From: Styela clava
Lineage: Eukaryota
DNA length: 64,000 nucleotides
Direction of reading: 5' to 3'
NCBI RefSeq assembly: GCF_964204865.1
Contig: NC_135262.1
Location: forward strand, 7,998,001-8,062,000
Shown here: piece after piece, positions 62,666-64,000 of the stretch
Layout: every line of letters starts with the position of its first letter
Position numbering within the stretch: position 1 is the stretch's first letter
Notes under the pieces: generated by a model
The model's database searches: none
Seen by the model: only the letters and a program-made list of their open reading frames with translations
Told to the model about the DNA's origin: nothing
Position numbers and translations under genes: made by a program

Positions 62666-62819
62666 ATGTTATTTCGAATTGTACCTGCATTTTTGGTTGC
62701 CCTTTTCGTGTTCGCACGGGGAGATGAAGAAGTGAAGACTGAAGATGATGTTTTAATTCTGACAGACTCAAATTTTGATGGCGTTATTGAAAAAAACAGT
62801 ATGGTTCTTGTTGAATTCT
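62666..62819 (+). CDS. Protein disulfide isomerase (P4HB/PDIA-like), first coding exon; the gene continues beyond the window
   Basis: Signal peptide MLFRIVPAFLVALFVFARG, then DEEVKTEDDVLILTDSNFDGVIEKNSMVLVEF and a phase-1 gtaagt donor just before the expected YAPWCGHC. Confidence 0.85.
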
Positions 62820-64000
62820 GTAAGTATCTTTATGCATTTTACCGTATTTTACTTAAATTAGATATAACGCATTTGCATATGTACTGTATGTAAGTTACTT
62901 CAGTACTGCAGTACTTACAGCTGTGCAGATCTCTGAATCTGCAGATGCACCTTCTGACTGTCTGACCTTCCTGAAATTTGTGAAAAGTCCATTCTTAAAT
63001 TCTGCAGTTCAAGTAATTCAAACTCGCTTCTGCATTGAAACTAAGCTAGTTGTTGATGAAGTCTGGAAGTGCTGACAGAGTGGAGATCATGATTGTATTG
63101 CACTAGTTTTATTGTCCCATGCTGTAATGCATTAATGGCCGGAAGGTTGAAGCATTGCAGCAGACTTTATTATCAGCATCACATCTGCACATGCCTGGCA
63201 TGCCGTTAAGTATAGCGGCAGCGCCATACACAGTTCTCCGCTTGCAGGAATAGACCCCAAATTAAAAGACATCAATTACCGGTACCAGTTCTTGCAAACT
63301 GCTCCGTTTCAGTGCGGTAGGGTACTCTCGATTCCAAAATTAGCTCCCACATTGAACGGCATTATAACATTGAGTGCACACAACTCTATTACAGTATTAT
63401 GAGTCTGTTTGAGTTACCATATCTGCACAAATCAGCAAACAGCACTTCACAGCTAAACTTAAGGGAAACCCAATCTGAAAACGCCACAGATTCTTCGAAT
63501 TCGATATCCTGAAAAAAATATTTTATAGCAGCATCTGAGATTTTTTTGCAAAAAACACAATTTTGACGATGTGATGCCTGACGCATGTCAGTAGTTATTT
63601 AAATTGTTATCAGAGACGAGCATGGCACGATCTGGCGCATTCTGCATTCAGAGACAAATAGTTTCATTGAATCGGATGTCGGGACATTTTAGAATCAGAA
63701 CTGTATCCTATTGCAAAGGGTCACTGAATAGCCTATTGTCCCATGTCCACTTAATCATCATCAACTGTGCAATCGTCAACACAAATGCTAAAGTGATGTT
63801 GTTGTTTCTTGCTCCATATTTTGCCTAAAGTTGTTTTTATCACTGTTTAATAATATTAGCTACCTATGCTCTGAACATGCTGTTCGCCAAACCATGGGTT
63901 TAATTCATAAAATCTGACATTTTAGTGTTATTATGTTTTGGGGTCACGCTGTAGAACAAAAAAATGAGACATAATCATTTTTGGCTTTACAACGACTATC

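Noticed and set aside
62900-64000. Coding-looking sequence in the PDI intron
   Set aside because: No YAPWCGHC exon or other recognisable protein in any frame I could read. It may be decayed TE sequence.

Overview
AT-rich, intron-containing animal (eukaryotic) genomic DNA. An invertebrate chordate such as an ascidian is plausible but cannot be proven from the sequence. Genes reconstructed exon by exon are: a 4-exon Dbx homeobox gene (+, 9107-18387); a decayed C2H2 zinc-finger gene (+, ~20.3-21.45 kb); a cryptic, probably damaged multi-exon orphan gene (-, 22.7-24.8 kb); a 15-coding-exon Na+/H+ exchanger NHE8/SLC9A8 (-, 27186-38040) carrying a U12-type AT-AC intron; an intronless SNX25 ORF (-, 40093-43155); VMA21 (-, 43165-43482); WDR92/DNAAF10 (+, 46370-47802); a divergent 5-exon p24/TMED gene that the ORF track only shows in fragments (-, ~54.8-57.7 kb); and the first exon of a protein disulfide isomerase (+, 62666-62819). 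Mobile DNA is abundant: one full-length but frameshifted hAT element with a nested tRNA-SINE, many Buster-type hAT MITEs with nnnTAnnn TSDs, a pogo-like MITE, a 9-bp-TSD foldback/MULE-like MITE nested in a SINE, and an inverted repeat carrying a minimal hammerhead ribozyme motif. The most striking feature is the VMA21-SNX25 pair. Only 9 in-frame nucleotides separate the two ORFs, they are followed co-directionally by NHE8, and they sit downstream of a CLEAR-like E-box/YY1 promoter. This is a candidate bi-/polycistronic endomembrane and organelle-pH unit.
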